Positions 18,595 through 27,164 of a DNA stretch of 56,204 nt are shown here, in pieces. The notes under the pieces were generated by a model that did not search any database, was not told the origin of the DNA, and saw only the letters and a list, made by a program, of their open reading frames with translations. The stretch is from a virus. Lineage: Duplodnaviria; Caudoviricetes. The translations under genes were made by a program, and so were the position numbers. The DNA lies in the IMG/VR virus record IMGVR_UViG_3300049098_000061, positions 1 through 56,204 of that record; one strand, given 5' to 3'. Position 1 is the stretch's first letter, and each line of letters begins with the position of its first letter.

Positions 18595-19390
18595 TTAAAA
18601 TGCCCTTTACTAGCTCGTGGTGCATAGCATGTCCAGAGTTACATGCTGTTATCTTTCCTTTGATACTGAACCCAAACAATAAAGACAAGTCTCCTAGTAT
18701 GTCTAATACCTTATGTTTTACACACTCGTCTCGTTCAAACGATTCTGTGTCATTTATATTGATAGTGTTTACTCCGAACTCTGTGCCTTGTGCTTTCTTC
18801 TGCTTTCTCAAACCATTTACATACTTCTTGTCTGCAAAGGTTCTGGCTCTTGCTACCTCGGAGTAAGCGCCCTCGACATGCTTATACACATAAGCACCTA
18901 TTATATTCTTATGCCAATCTAGCGAGCATTCGATAACTAGCTCCTTACTACGAGCTATAGAAATATATCTATTTCCATTCACAATGCTAAAAGGTTTAGT
19001 TATTACTAGTCCTATTCTGGCGGAGTCTTCCTGATCCTCTACCCCTGCCTCTTGAATAGCGTCATAGAATATACTCGCACTACCATCTCCTATTGGTAGC
19101 TCATTGCCTTTAATTTCCACAATTGCATTGTTTATAAACAGACCATAGAAGCACGAGAGTAAATGCTCGACAGTCTCTATCTTGTCTCTTCCTTCCCCTA
19201 AAGTTGTATTGGAGAGACTATCGCCTAAACTATAAATATTGGCATTGTACCACGACTCCTCGCCCCTAAATTGGATACCACTATTAGGGACGGACGGAAG
19301 TATCTTTATCGAACAACGTTTTCCGGTATGCACACCGAGTCCGTCTATTACTACTTCTCGCTTTAGTGTTCTCTGTAGTATTGGTATCAC
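18566..19390 (-). CDS. lpxC: UDP-3-O-acyl-GlcNAc deacetylase LpxC homologue
   Basis: QRTL, G.GVHTG, TVEHLLS, ELPI.DGSA, ARTF, HKVLD..GDL, GHAMH: Zn ligands and catalytic residues present. Confidence 0.92.
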   Translation of the reverse strand: MIPILQRTLKREVVIDGLGVHTGKRCSIKILPSVPNSGIQFRGEESWYNANIYSLGDSLSNTTLGEGRDKIETVEHLLSCFYGLFINNAIVEIKGNELPIGDGSASIFYDAIQEAGVEDQEDSARIGLVITKPFSIVNGNRYISIARSKELVIECSLDWHKNIIGAYVYKHVEGAYSEVARARTFADKKYVNGLRKQKKAQGTEFGVNTININDTESFERDECVKHKVLDILGDLSLLFGFSIKGKITACNSGHAMHHELVKGILNGYTLKRSN

Positions 19391-20403
19391 TATTCTCCGA
19401 TCGCTCCTGTGAATGCGCCTATTGTCCTACGTGTAACATCATTCAACTGATTGACAGTTACTCGCATAGTCAATGCTTGTTTGATCCTACTCGCCACATC
19501 CTCTGCCGAGAAATTGTTTCTAACATAAGACATGCCTTGCTCGGCTATCTTTTCTCTTGCCTCGTTATGCATAAGATAATAGTGGATTCTTTCTTCTAGG
19601 TCATGTAGATTTTCCCATGTAGCAAAGTGGACTCCTGGGATAAATCCAAACTCCTTGCAATTATTTGGTTTGTTAGTCAACAAGAGAGTACCACTAGCCA
19701 TGACTTCAAAGTACTTCATTAGTACTTGATTATTGATACCATTAGCATTTACAAAGATCTTGCTTTGGTTTATGGCTCTAGCGTACTCGTGATGTTTTAT
19801 GCCACTTTTCCAATCTCCTATCAAGGAAGTTATCGGCATCTTTTTGATTAACTCTTGCACATTCGGTCTACTAGGATAAACATAACTGACTAGCCCATAA
19901 ACACACATTACATCATACTTCTTGGGTAAGTCTCGCTTCATAAAAATGTTAGTCTCTGCCCCGTGGGGTATCCATACAGTCTCTAGTTTAGAGGGGAGTC
20001 TGTCTGTAGCAATCTCCTGTCTAATAAGTCTCTCGACATCTGGAGTAGGACAAATAGCCAAATCGATATCAAACTCTACTAGTAGTTGGTTATAATAGAC
20101 CATATGGTTCCTACCATCAGGAAAGTAGTCACAAACCATGAACGCTTTTAAACAGTTCACATGCGCTCCGCCTCTATACTTATCCATATTTTTCCAGTTC
20201 TCCATAAGTATAGCGTTAGGCTCGCCTATTGCTCCTCGCACATCTTGACAGATAGACGGTATGAAAGTCTCTCCTCGGTAGTAACAGCCCTCTCCATATT
20301 GCACAGAGTCTTCGACTTGAGCTAGTAGTTGATCTCTGACATGCTGATGGCCCCAGTTTACTCGCTTGGAGTAGTCAGGAGATAGGATCAAAAGTTTCAA
20401 CAT
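19390..20403 (-). CDS. Glycosyltransferase, CgeB/Glyco_trans_1_2-like GT-B
   Basis: W.PHG, YP.R, SKIF.N, KYFEVMASGTLLLT, REKIA..G motifs; paralog of 14106-15083. Confidence 0.85.
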   Translation of the reverse strand: MLKLLILSPDYSKRVNWGHQHVRDQLLAQVEDSVQYGEGCYYRGETFIPSICQDVRGAIGEPNAILMENWKNMDKYRGGAHVNCLKAFMVCDYFPDGRNHMVYYNQLLVEFDIDLAICPTPDVERLIRQEIATDRLPSKLETVWIPHGAETNIFMKRDLPKKYDVMCVYGLVSYVYPSRPNVQELIKKMPITSLIGDWKSGIKHHEYARAINQSKIFVNANGINNQVLMKYFEVMASGTLLLTNKPNNCKEFGFIPGVHFATWENLHDLEERIHYYLMHNEAREKIAEQGMSYVRNNFSAEDVASRIKQALTMRVTVNQLNDVTRRTIGAFTGAIGE

Positions 20404-20405
20404 GA

Positions 20406-20624
20406 CTACTCCTTTTCCGTAAGTTTTAATTTTAGACCATTGTTTAAAATCTTACTTATGGTGAACCTACTCCCCTTCAACTCTACTTCCTCGCCCACTT
20501 TGAAAATACCGCCGTGTCCGGGGTATAGCTTCTGCATGTCCTCGACTGCTTTTTGATACTCCTTAAGTTTCTCGCTCGGGTCAGGAGCATCAAATTGCAC
20601 CATCCTTCCATCTCCTGTGTCCAT
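20406..20624 (-). CDS. Hypothetical protein
   Basis: 72 aa with AGGAGG RBS. Confidence 0.65.
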   Translation of the reverse strand: MDTGDGRMVQFDAPDPSEKLKEYQKAVEDMQKLYPGHGGIFKVGEEVELKGSRFTISKILNNGLKLKLTEKE

Positions 20625-20633
20625 TCTTGCCTC

Positions 20634-21908
20634 CTATTTTGTTTTAAAATTCAGGACTGCCGATACGCCCGTAAACAAATGACTTAATTGATCGGAGAAC
20701 TTTGACTCGTTATTCTTATCGTCGTAAGCAGTGGCAGCAAAGTAATAAGTCACTCCTTTGGTAAAACCCGTAAGCGTATACTCCGTCACGTTCTTAACGT
20801 CTACTACTGTATCGTATGAGTAGTAGTCTGGATCACATACTGGATCTGGCGGATCAGGAGTTTCCGTACAAATGTACTCTTTGGGATCTGTGTCTGGTAC
20901 TTCTTCCCGCTTAATGCAAGTACAGTACTTCTCCCAACTATCTTTGCATTTTTGTTGACTCTCTGTTAACTCACCACTATCAGGTAGTCTACACTTATCT
21001 TTTATTATCGCGGGAACGGCATCGGGAAGCGATGGATCGTATCTACTCGTTACTCCATAGTATATCTTATATCCTGCTAAGTCTTCCTCGACATTAGCAT
21101 CCCACGCAAAAGTAATAGATGGAGTAGTAGGCTTCTGAGCAAATCCTGCATTGTGGTTTTGAGTTACTTCCGCTTGCGTAAGTACTGTGGAGTAAATAGC
21201 TACGAGGTATATCTCACCTAGCCATGTCCTCATGTCTCCTGACTGCCAAGTAATCTCATTGAATAGGGCAAACTCGCAAGTCATATCCCAAGTGCTTCCG
21301 TCTCCTGGTACTGCCTCGCTTGCTCTCTCTACTCCATCAATATAAATTTTGGCCTCGCCGCTCGGCGCTCTAGTGTATACTACATGACTAAGAACAGGAC
21401 TAGCAGCTATACTCCCTGCCGGTGACGTTACCATTATATCGCTTCCATTGCTATTCGTTTGACTAGTCCTAAATCTCGGATGATAAGTATCTCCTGCCTG
21501 TCCTAAAGTAAAGTTTCTTATACTACTATCTTTAGAGAGAGTTACTATACGAGCAGGGCCAGATTGAGTATTATTTAAAGGTTTAACCCATACCTCGATA
21601 GTTATTCCTTTGGAGAAAAAATCGTTAGTCTTTACCTTTGTAATGTCTCCACTGGCCTTGACTAGAGTTGCCTCTTTTACTCTAAGCCCTCCCTCTATCC
21701 ATTCTACTTTGGACGAGTCTGGTATCGTTAAATTAAACGTAGGCTCTACTCCCGATTTGTCATTGACTACTGTACCACTTCCTTCCTCGAAATCGTATAG
21801 GAGAATTAAATCCCTAGTTACTACTTGTCCCTCCGCTATAAAAGTAAAGACTAGTCCTAAGCCTATAAGTATAGCCATGACTAGTAGTATTCTATTTAGA
21901 GTTACCAT
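20634..21908 (-). CDS. Exported LamG (ConA-like) + fibronectin type III protein
   Basis: N-terminal signal peptide; LYDFEEGSG, ITIEVWVKP, IYIDG (LamG); AWD...DLAGYKIYYG...TYYFAATAYD...ES.FS (FN3) with a Cys-rich insert. Confidence 0.82.
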   Translation of the reverse strand: MVTLNRILLVMAILIGLGLVFTFIAEGQVVTRDLILLYDFEEGSGTVVNDKSGVEPTFNLTIPDSSKVEWIEGGLRVKEATLVKASGDITKVKTNDFFSKGITIEVWVKPLNNTQSGPARIVTLSKDSSIRNFTLGQAGDTYHPRFRTSQTNSNGSDIMVTSPAGSIAASPVLSHVVYTRAPSGEAKIYIDGVERASEAVPGDGSTWDMTCEFALFNEITWQSGDMRTWLGEIYLVAIYSTVLTQAEVTQNHNAGFAQKPTTPSITFAWDANVEEDLAGYKIYYGVTSRYDPSLPDAVPAIIKDKCRLPDSGELTESQQKCKDSWEKYCTCIKREEVPDTDPKEYICTETPDPPDPVCDPDYYSYDTVVDVKNVTEYTLTGFTKGVTYYFAATAYDDKNNESKFSDQLSHLFTGVSAVLNFKTK

Positions 21909-23206
21909 ATATCACTCTCCCCAAATATCGGCAAGTAGAACCGATTATAAATGTTATCCCAATTATATCTTTTACGATTAAACGTTTTACTAGCTACTAT
22001 TTCGTTCCTTTGCATTCTCCCTATTATCAAATGAGCCAATGCCTCGTAGTATTCTTTCTCTGTGTTTGGTACTTGCAAATTTTTCTCGAAGCTCCCGAAC
22101 TCTGCATAAATACCATTACCTCCTTGCGTCTCCCACAACATAGGTAGCGAGCGATTCAGAACCATCTCTACTCCACACAATGCTGCTTCCGGTGCTACTA
22201 GCCCAAACGACTCGTGGTGAGTAGGAAAGATAAACAAGTTAGTCATTAGCTGCAACTCTCTCAGCATACGCCTTGGAATACCAGTAGCAAACTCGTCTCT
22301 CCACTCACTTGTAAAAATTACTTCCTCGTTGATTTTCATCTTTGCTAAACGGATTCGCTTGTAGTATCCAGCAAGATCCTCTTTCCTCGCTTTCCCTGTA
22401 GCCCACTGGTTAGCAATGACTAGGCAATTAGTAAAGTTCAGCTTTTTGAACTCTCTAAATATCGTGATTATCTTGTCTACTCGCTTTGCTCCTAACCTAT
22501 CTGTACTCGCAGGGTAAACCATAGTCACATCCCCCTGCATAATTAAAGGAAAGTCTTCTATAAAGTTATACGTTTCCTCGCTGAACTCGAAGTAACTTCG
22601 GTAGTCTTTTATGTGAGGTATTACTACGACATGGTGAGCATTGGTGTTGAACTGCTCGGCTACTAGCTGTTGATTCGCTTTGTTTGGATATACTATCCTA
22701 TGCCTATCTCCCCACTTCCTTATATCCCACCAAGGAAACTTCGCAGTAGGCACCGAGTGTACCCAATGCATCCACGCTACTTTACGTATGACCGGAGTCT
22801 TACATGCCTCGATTACTCCAAGTCCATAAGGTAAGTTCCATCCAGTGAAGATCCAATCATGACTTATCATGATAGTAATATCATTCTCGACTATTGCCTT
22901 AGACAATACTTCTCCGGTTTTCTTTACTACTTCCTTATGGTCTTCTGATAGTTCTTCTTTGCGGTAGTCAGTTAGGTCTGCTCTAGGTATGATATTGTGG
23001 AGAGTGTAGTTTATATCAGTCCACGGATCGTGCTCGAATAACTTTTGTTTTTCTTTCTCGTCAAAATTCTCACAAACAAATAAATGGACTTCGTGTCCAT
23101 TACTAGTGAGCATTCTAACTTGATCCTCGACAATACCAGTTAGCGAGTATCCGTGATTTATGAAGGTGAAACTAGTTAGTATTCCTACAGCGTGTTTTTT
23201 AGGCAT
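21902..23206 (-). CDS. Glycosyltransferase, GT4-like GT-B
   Basis: R...K motif (DRLGAKR) and FIFPT..ESFGLVAPEAA (E-x7-E). Confidence 0.85.
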   Translation of the reverse strand: MPKKHAVGILTSFTFINHGYSLTGIVEDQVRMLTSNGHEVHLFVCENFDEKEKQKLFEHDPWTDINYTLHNIIPRADLTDYRKEELSEDHKEVVKKTGEVLSKAIVENDITIMISHDWIFTGWNLPYGLGVIEACKTPVIRKVAWMHWVHSVPTAKFPWWDIRKWGDRHRIVYPNKANQQLVAEQFNTNAHHVVVIPHIKDYRSYFEFSEETYNFIEDFPLIMQGDVTMVYPASTDRLGAKRVDKIITIFREFKKLNFTNCLVIANQWATGKARKEDLAGYYKRIRLAKMKINEEVIFTSEWRDEFATGIPRRMLRELQLMTNLFIFPTHHESFGLVAPEAALCGVEMVLNRSLPMLWETQGGNGIYAEFGSFEKNLQVPNTEKEYYEALAHLIIGRMQRNEIVASKTFNRKRYNWDNIYNRFYLPIFGESDIW

Positions 23207-23207
23207 A

Positions 23208-23237
23208 GAGAGTCTCCCTTACTCGTAGGAGACTCCC
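23208..23237 (-). promoter_or_regulatory. Hairpin covering the RBS of the GT4 gene
   Basis: GAGTCTCC-10 nt-GGAGACTC; the 3' arm contains the GGGAG RBS just before ATG 23206. Confidence 0.5.
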
Positions 23238-23244
23238 CACGGTC

Positions 23245-23415
23245 TTAGGGTAAATAGTACTTGCAAGGGCCACGGTAGCAAACTTGCATCGTGCCGAGTG
23301 CATCTTCTCCCGACTCGGTGAGAGTATTGTCCGGAGAGTCCGACTCTCTGGCTGACATACTCGCTGCGGTGGCGTCTCTTTCCTCGTCCAACAAACCACT
23401 TGAGGTAACACCCAT
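23245..23415 (-). CDS. Small acidic Ser/Thr-rich protein (56 aa)
   Basis: Below ORF-track cutoff; AGGAGG 8 nt upstream of ATG; MGVTSSGLLDEERDATAASMSARESDSPDNTLTESGEDALGTMQVCYRGPCKYYLP. Competes with overlapping ORF 23199-23435. Confidence 0.5.
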   Translation of the reverse strand: MGVTSSGLLDEERDATAASMSARESDSPDNTLTESGEDALGTMQVCYRGPCKYYLP

Positions 23416-23498
23416 GATACAATCCTCCTGTTCATAGTTCTCCTTTCACTCGCTGTTCCCCTGTAGGGCAGCAATTATGATAGGGTTAGTAATGACTC

Positions 23499-24218
23499 CT
23501 ATTTGATTTTAATTTTAAACTCAAATGGAGACTTCGGCGGCATCTTGTCTATGATTACTGTCACTTCATTGCTATTATCAGAGAATGCATTATTATTTTC
23601 TGCTCCTCGGTTGGCGACTAGTATATAATATTTTGTTACTTTGTCTGCTCCTATTGATATATCCACCTTTGCATTATAAGGCGGAGTAGCCGAGGCATTA
23701 TAAGCTATGTCTGTTACTTTGACATAACCACTTCCACTCGTCTCGGATTCCCAAAGACTCCATCCGATGATCTTCGGTAGCCACTCAGTCTCGTATGTCC
23801 ATGTAAAGGTAAGCTCGCTTGTGTTTTTATCGTAACTAGCAGCTAAGTCGGTAACGGCTGGAGGTTTTAAGAAGTCGTAAGCAGCGGTCGCTTCTTCGGA
23901 GTTCTCGCTCTCGTTGTTGTCTGCATCATAGGCAGTAGCACTAAAATAGTAAGTAGTCTCTGCATTGTCTGGAACGTCTATATTTAACTTATGGCAAAAT
24001 TCTTCTGGCCCAAGACTGTAGATACTACAAAGGCTCGCCATAATTACATTGACATTTTGAGAATAACTTCCTGACTCGTTCCCATAATAGATCTTAAAAC
24101 CGGCTAGATCTACTCCATCGTGATCCCACGCTAGAGTTATTTCTTTGTTGACTGCTAATGCTGGAGTTGCTACTAGTAGGATAAAAAGAATTGCACACAA
24201 GAATTTTCTGATTTTCAT
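23499..24218 (-). CDS. Exported tandem fibronectin type III protein
   Basis: Signal peptide ending ALA; LAWD...DLAGFKIYYG...YYFSATAYD...ES..S, then a second FN3-like domain. Confidence 0.82.
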   Translation of the reverse strand: MKIRKFLCAILFILLVATPALAVNKEITLAWDHDGVDLAGFKIYYGNESGSYSQNVNVIMASLCSIYSLGPEEFCHKLNIDVPDNAETTYYFSATAYDADNNESENSEEATAAYDFLKPPAVTDLAASYDKNTSELTFTWTYETEWLPKIIGWSLWESETSGSGYVKVTDIAYNASATPPYNAKVDISIGADKVTKYYILVANRGAENNNAFSDNSNEVTVIIDKMPPKSPFEFKIKIK

Positions 24219-24234
24219 TTTTCAAGTTTCCTTT

Positions 24235-24263
24235 CTTGTACCATAATAATATGGTTTTGTCAA
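24235..24263 (-). promoter_or_regulatory. Sigma70-type promoter upstream of the FN3/glycosylation operon
   Basis: TTGACA-17 nt-TACAAG with TG extension; shares TTGACAAAACCA with the polymerase promoter. Confidence 0.65.
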
Positions 24264-24271
24264 TGATTAAA

Positions 24272-24649
24272 TTAAACTGTTGTTGTAGTAGTCGAGATAG
24301 GGAGAGGAGTAGTCGGAAGTTCCTTCACAGTAACTTTCATCTCTGCCTCGTACCTATTCGTTAGACTAGTATTCATTTTGAAAGTCACATGATATGGAGA
24401 CTTATCGGGATCGCCACCTTGCAAGCGTACTCCTAACATATTATCAGAGTACGAGCCATCTGGATCACTGCCTAATACCATAGTACTTAAATCGACAAGT
24501 ACCCCTTGTGCGTCCTTACCATCTTTATCCATAGCGAGGACTGTACTTCCTGCTAATGCTACAGTCTCGGTAGCTTCTTGGACATTTAGAATACTTCCCC
24601 AAATGAACCATGACTCCCATGATTGTTTAGTTTCAGTTGGAATTGCCAT
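24272..24649 (-). CDS. Small putative virion protein with C-terminal STTTTTV tail
   Basis: 125 aa, GGAGG RBS, beta-rich; ends PTTPLPISTTTTTV. Confidence 0.7.
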   Translation of the reverse strand: MAIPTETKQSWESWFIWGSILNVQEATETVALAGSTVLAMDKDGKDAQGVLVDLSTMVLGSDPDGSYSDNMLGVRLQGGDPDKSPYHVTFKMNTSLTNRYEAEMKVTVKELPTTPLPISTTTTTV

Positions 24650-24788
24650 TGACTACCTCCCTAACTATCTTTGTTATGGAGTCTCGCTTAACTACTTTCG
24701 TAATTGCGATTCTCTGTACCTTTCCTGTTGTTGCTTCTCTACTAACCTTTATAGTTATTGCATCTCGTTGAGAGATTTTGTTAGTCAT
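24633..24788 (-). CDS. Micro-protein with 9-residue repeats (51 aa)
   Basis: MTNKISQRDAITIKVSREATTGKVQRIAITKVVKRDSITKIVREVVNGNSN; AGGAG RBS; overlaps both neighbours. Confidence 0.5.
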   Translation of the reverse strand: MTNKISQRDAITIKVSREATTGKVQRIAITKVVKRDSITKIVREVVNGNSN

Positions 24789-24960
24789 CTTCTCTCCTAA
24801 CTACTCTAGAGATACTTATTCTCTGAATGATTTTTGTAACTGCTGCTCTCCTCGTAATGAACTGAGGGAGTATGGATATGATAGGCTCTATATAAACAGC
24901 AATGCCGTATCCACGAGTTACTATTAGTGAGTTGCTACCGTATCCTCTAGTTACTATCAT
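24781..24960 (-). CDS. Micro-protein with duplicated IVTRGYG motif (59 aa)
   Basis: MIVTRGYGSNSLIVTRGYGIAVYIEP...VVRREDD; ATGA overlap with upstream gene. Confidence 0.55.
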   Translation of the reverse strand: MIVTRGYGSNSLIVTRGYGIAVYIEPIISILPQFITRRAAVTKIIQRISISRVVRREDD

Positions 24961-26990
24961 ACTCGTTGTCTTTCAAAAACATTCGTCATTGTAGGACTAC
25001 CACCGGAGTCGAACAGATTGAATCTCGCTACTTCTGTTGTGTTATCCTCTTTGTAAAACACCATCTGATTAGCAACTATTCTCCATCTGCCTCCCTCAAT
25101 ATCCATAATAAATTCTAACTCGTTGAGTATGACTGAGGCATCTAGAAAAGCACTAGTGTCTACATCACATCCAACTCCCGAATTGTCTGCCTCGACTGTT
25201 CCTACTCCTATTAGCTGAATCTTTCCTGCTATACAAGTAGAGTCAATTATGATATTTCCAGAGTTGCAGTTTATGACTGTTCGACTACTCCCCGTCTTAT
25301 CTTTTAATTTTAAGTTACCATTCCAGTTTACTACATTGAGAGCAGAGTCTCCAATAGAAAACTCCACTTCGTTAGTAGGCTCGCCTCCACCTGTGCCGTC
25401 TAGAATGGTGGCCCAACTACCAAACGATATTTCTGCTCCTTCATTAAAAGCTACTACATTCATAATACCAAGGAAATTTTTGAGACTGTCTACCGAGCAG
25501 TTCTCGATCAAGGTTTGACAAGAACCGCTAAACTCTCCACTTATATTCACATTGCGGAAAGTAGTCTTATGAGCAGTACAACCGGCGTCTAGTACTACAT
25601 CGGTTCCCATTTTACCTTCGGTCTTTATGATCTTATTACTTATATCTTGAGTGGCTCCTACAGTAATCCCAGTACGCAGAACTAGAGTCTCCACATTACC
25701 ATAATTCATTATGGATAATGCATCCGCGAGATTATCTGATGGCGAGTAAGTAGTACCAATCGGCCATGCTACTCCACTAGATCCATTGACTGTATCCAGT
25801 ACAACTACTCCTAAGTATGTTGTGCCTCGCAGTGCAGTCGCAGCCGAGCCGGGAGTAACATGAGTAATCAAGTTCTCATCCCACACCTGATCTGCCACTA
25901 CTTCTGGATTTATTAGCTCATCGGTATTGACTGTCGCTCCCACACTGTTGTCTACAACGGTTCCTACTCCTCGAATGTTTATAGTTCCTGCGGTGACATC
26001 AGAGTCGAGGTATACTACTCCACTGTTCAAATCAACTCCTACTTCCTCGCTCCCGCTTTTGTTTGATAGCCTTATCTTTCCGTTGTAGTTTCTTAGCGCT
26101 AGTGTCTTTCCCGATCCGTTTAAGTTTATTTCTGGAATCCCTTGATCCGGATTGCCTGAGTAGCAATCCATGAATGCTGCGTCTCCCAATAGAAGTATCG
26201 TACTTCCGTCTAGTATGCATCTGTCCATAGTTCCTTGCACATAGTCAATGTCAAGTACTCTGCACTCCTTTAGAGTACTACTTCCGTCCAGTGTGCCTTG
26301 AATAGTAGCATCGTAATACTCACAATCGTCCACGGTAGCTGCTGCGTCAAGGGTGAGTGTAGTCTTACTTATACTACTTCCGACAAAATGAAAGCCAGAA
26401 AAATCCACACCACTAGTCAAGGTAGCGTCTCCGAGGATGAAGAAAGTAGTCAACCCATTGGCAACTGCTATATCCATAGCATCACTCCAATTATTAACAG
26501 GAGCCATACTCGTTCCTACAGGATACTCGGTGCCTGAGTGAGTAGAAGTAAAGTCTACAGTTACTCCTCCCTCAAACGATGAGTGTTGCAGTGCTGCCTG
26601 TTCCTGCAAAGTCGCAGAGGCCGAGGCTGTTCGGTCAACAGAAGTGTAAGCAGTAGGAAGTCTCGGGTCTATACTCAGACCGTCCTCGTCAACTGCTACC
26701 AAATTTCCTCCCGAGATAATACACAATTCCCAACTAGGTCCACTCCTCGCCTCAAATGCAAGTACAGCATTTTGGAGAGTTGCGGTTATTCCTACATAAG
26801 TAGTGCCACCGAGGAACTCCTTTCCTGCTGCGTCTATCAAATGAGCAGAGTCTATATTATGAAGGAGTTCCTCGTTGTATCGGCAAGTATCTACTAGGTC
26901 TTGAATCGTTATCTCATCGGAGGGGGCAGCCACGGTTATTACTCGTGGACTACTCTCCCAATCAATTGAAACGTCCGTTCTTATTGTCAT
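24957..26990 (-). CDS. Putative virion protein with internally duplicated beta-helix-like region
   Basis: 677 aa, acidic; repeated G..[YW]P[VI]GT...P..N..DA..I and NSG....DS...AG.I...GVGTV units. Confidence 0.65.
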   Translation of the reverse strand: MTIRTDVSIDWESSPRVITVAAPSDEITIQDLVDTCRYNEELLHNIDSAHLIDAAGKEFLGGTTYVGITATLQNAVLAFEARSGPSWELCIISGGNLVAVDEDGLSIDPRLPTAYTSVDRTASASATLQEQAALQHSSFEGGVTVDFTSTHSGTEYPVGTSMAPVNNWSDAMDIAVANGLTTFFILGDATLTSGVDFSGFHFVGSSISKTTLTLDAAATVDDCEYYDATIQGTLDGSSTLKECRVLDIDYVQGTMDRCILDGSTILLLGDAAFMDCYSGNPDQGIPEINLNGSGKTLALRNYNGKIRLSNKSGSEEVGVDLNSGVVYLDSDVTAGTINIRGVGTVVDNSVGATVNTDELINPEVVADQVWDENLITHVTPGSAATALRGTTYLGVVVLDTVNGSSGVAWPIGTTYSPSDNLADALSIMNYGNVETLVLRTGITVGATQDISNKIIKTEGKMGTDVVLDAGCTAHKTTFRNVNISGEFSGSCQTLIENCSVDSLKNFLGIMNVVAFNEGAEISFGSWATILDGTGGGEPTNEVEFSIGDSALNVVNWNGNLKLKDKTGSSRTVINCNSGNIIIDSTCIAGKIQLIGVGTVEADNSGVGCDVDTSAFLDASVILNELEFIMDIEGGRWRIVANQMVFYKEDNTTEVARFNLFDSGGSPTMTNVFERQRV

Positions 26991-27153
26991 TAGTCAGCGC
27001 CTTCTTCTCTTCTAGTGCTGAAATCATTCTCCGATATTCTCGGATGGTAGTATGCTCTTGCTCGATTGCATCCTCGAATATCTTAACATTTTTCTTACAT
27101 TTCTGGATACCCGTTTTAAGGGCATCCAGATCGTACTCGACATTATTACTCAT
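26962..27153 (-). CDS. Small coiled-coil protein
   Basis: 63 aa, heptad pattern, AGGAG RBS. Confidence 0.6.
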   Translation of the reverse strand: MSNNVEYDLDALKTGIQKCKKNVKIFEDAIEQEHTTIREYRRMISALEEKKALTNDNKNGRFN

Positions 27154-27164
27154 ACTTCTCCTTG

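Noticed and set aside
12632-23206. GT cluster as a DNA hypermodification system (it neighbours the polymerase)
   Set aside because: No base hydroxymethylase, TET/JBP, nucleotide kinase or deazaguanine genes are seen, and the enzymes are surface-glycan types. Disfavoured, not excluded, since the genome may be incomplete.
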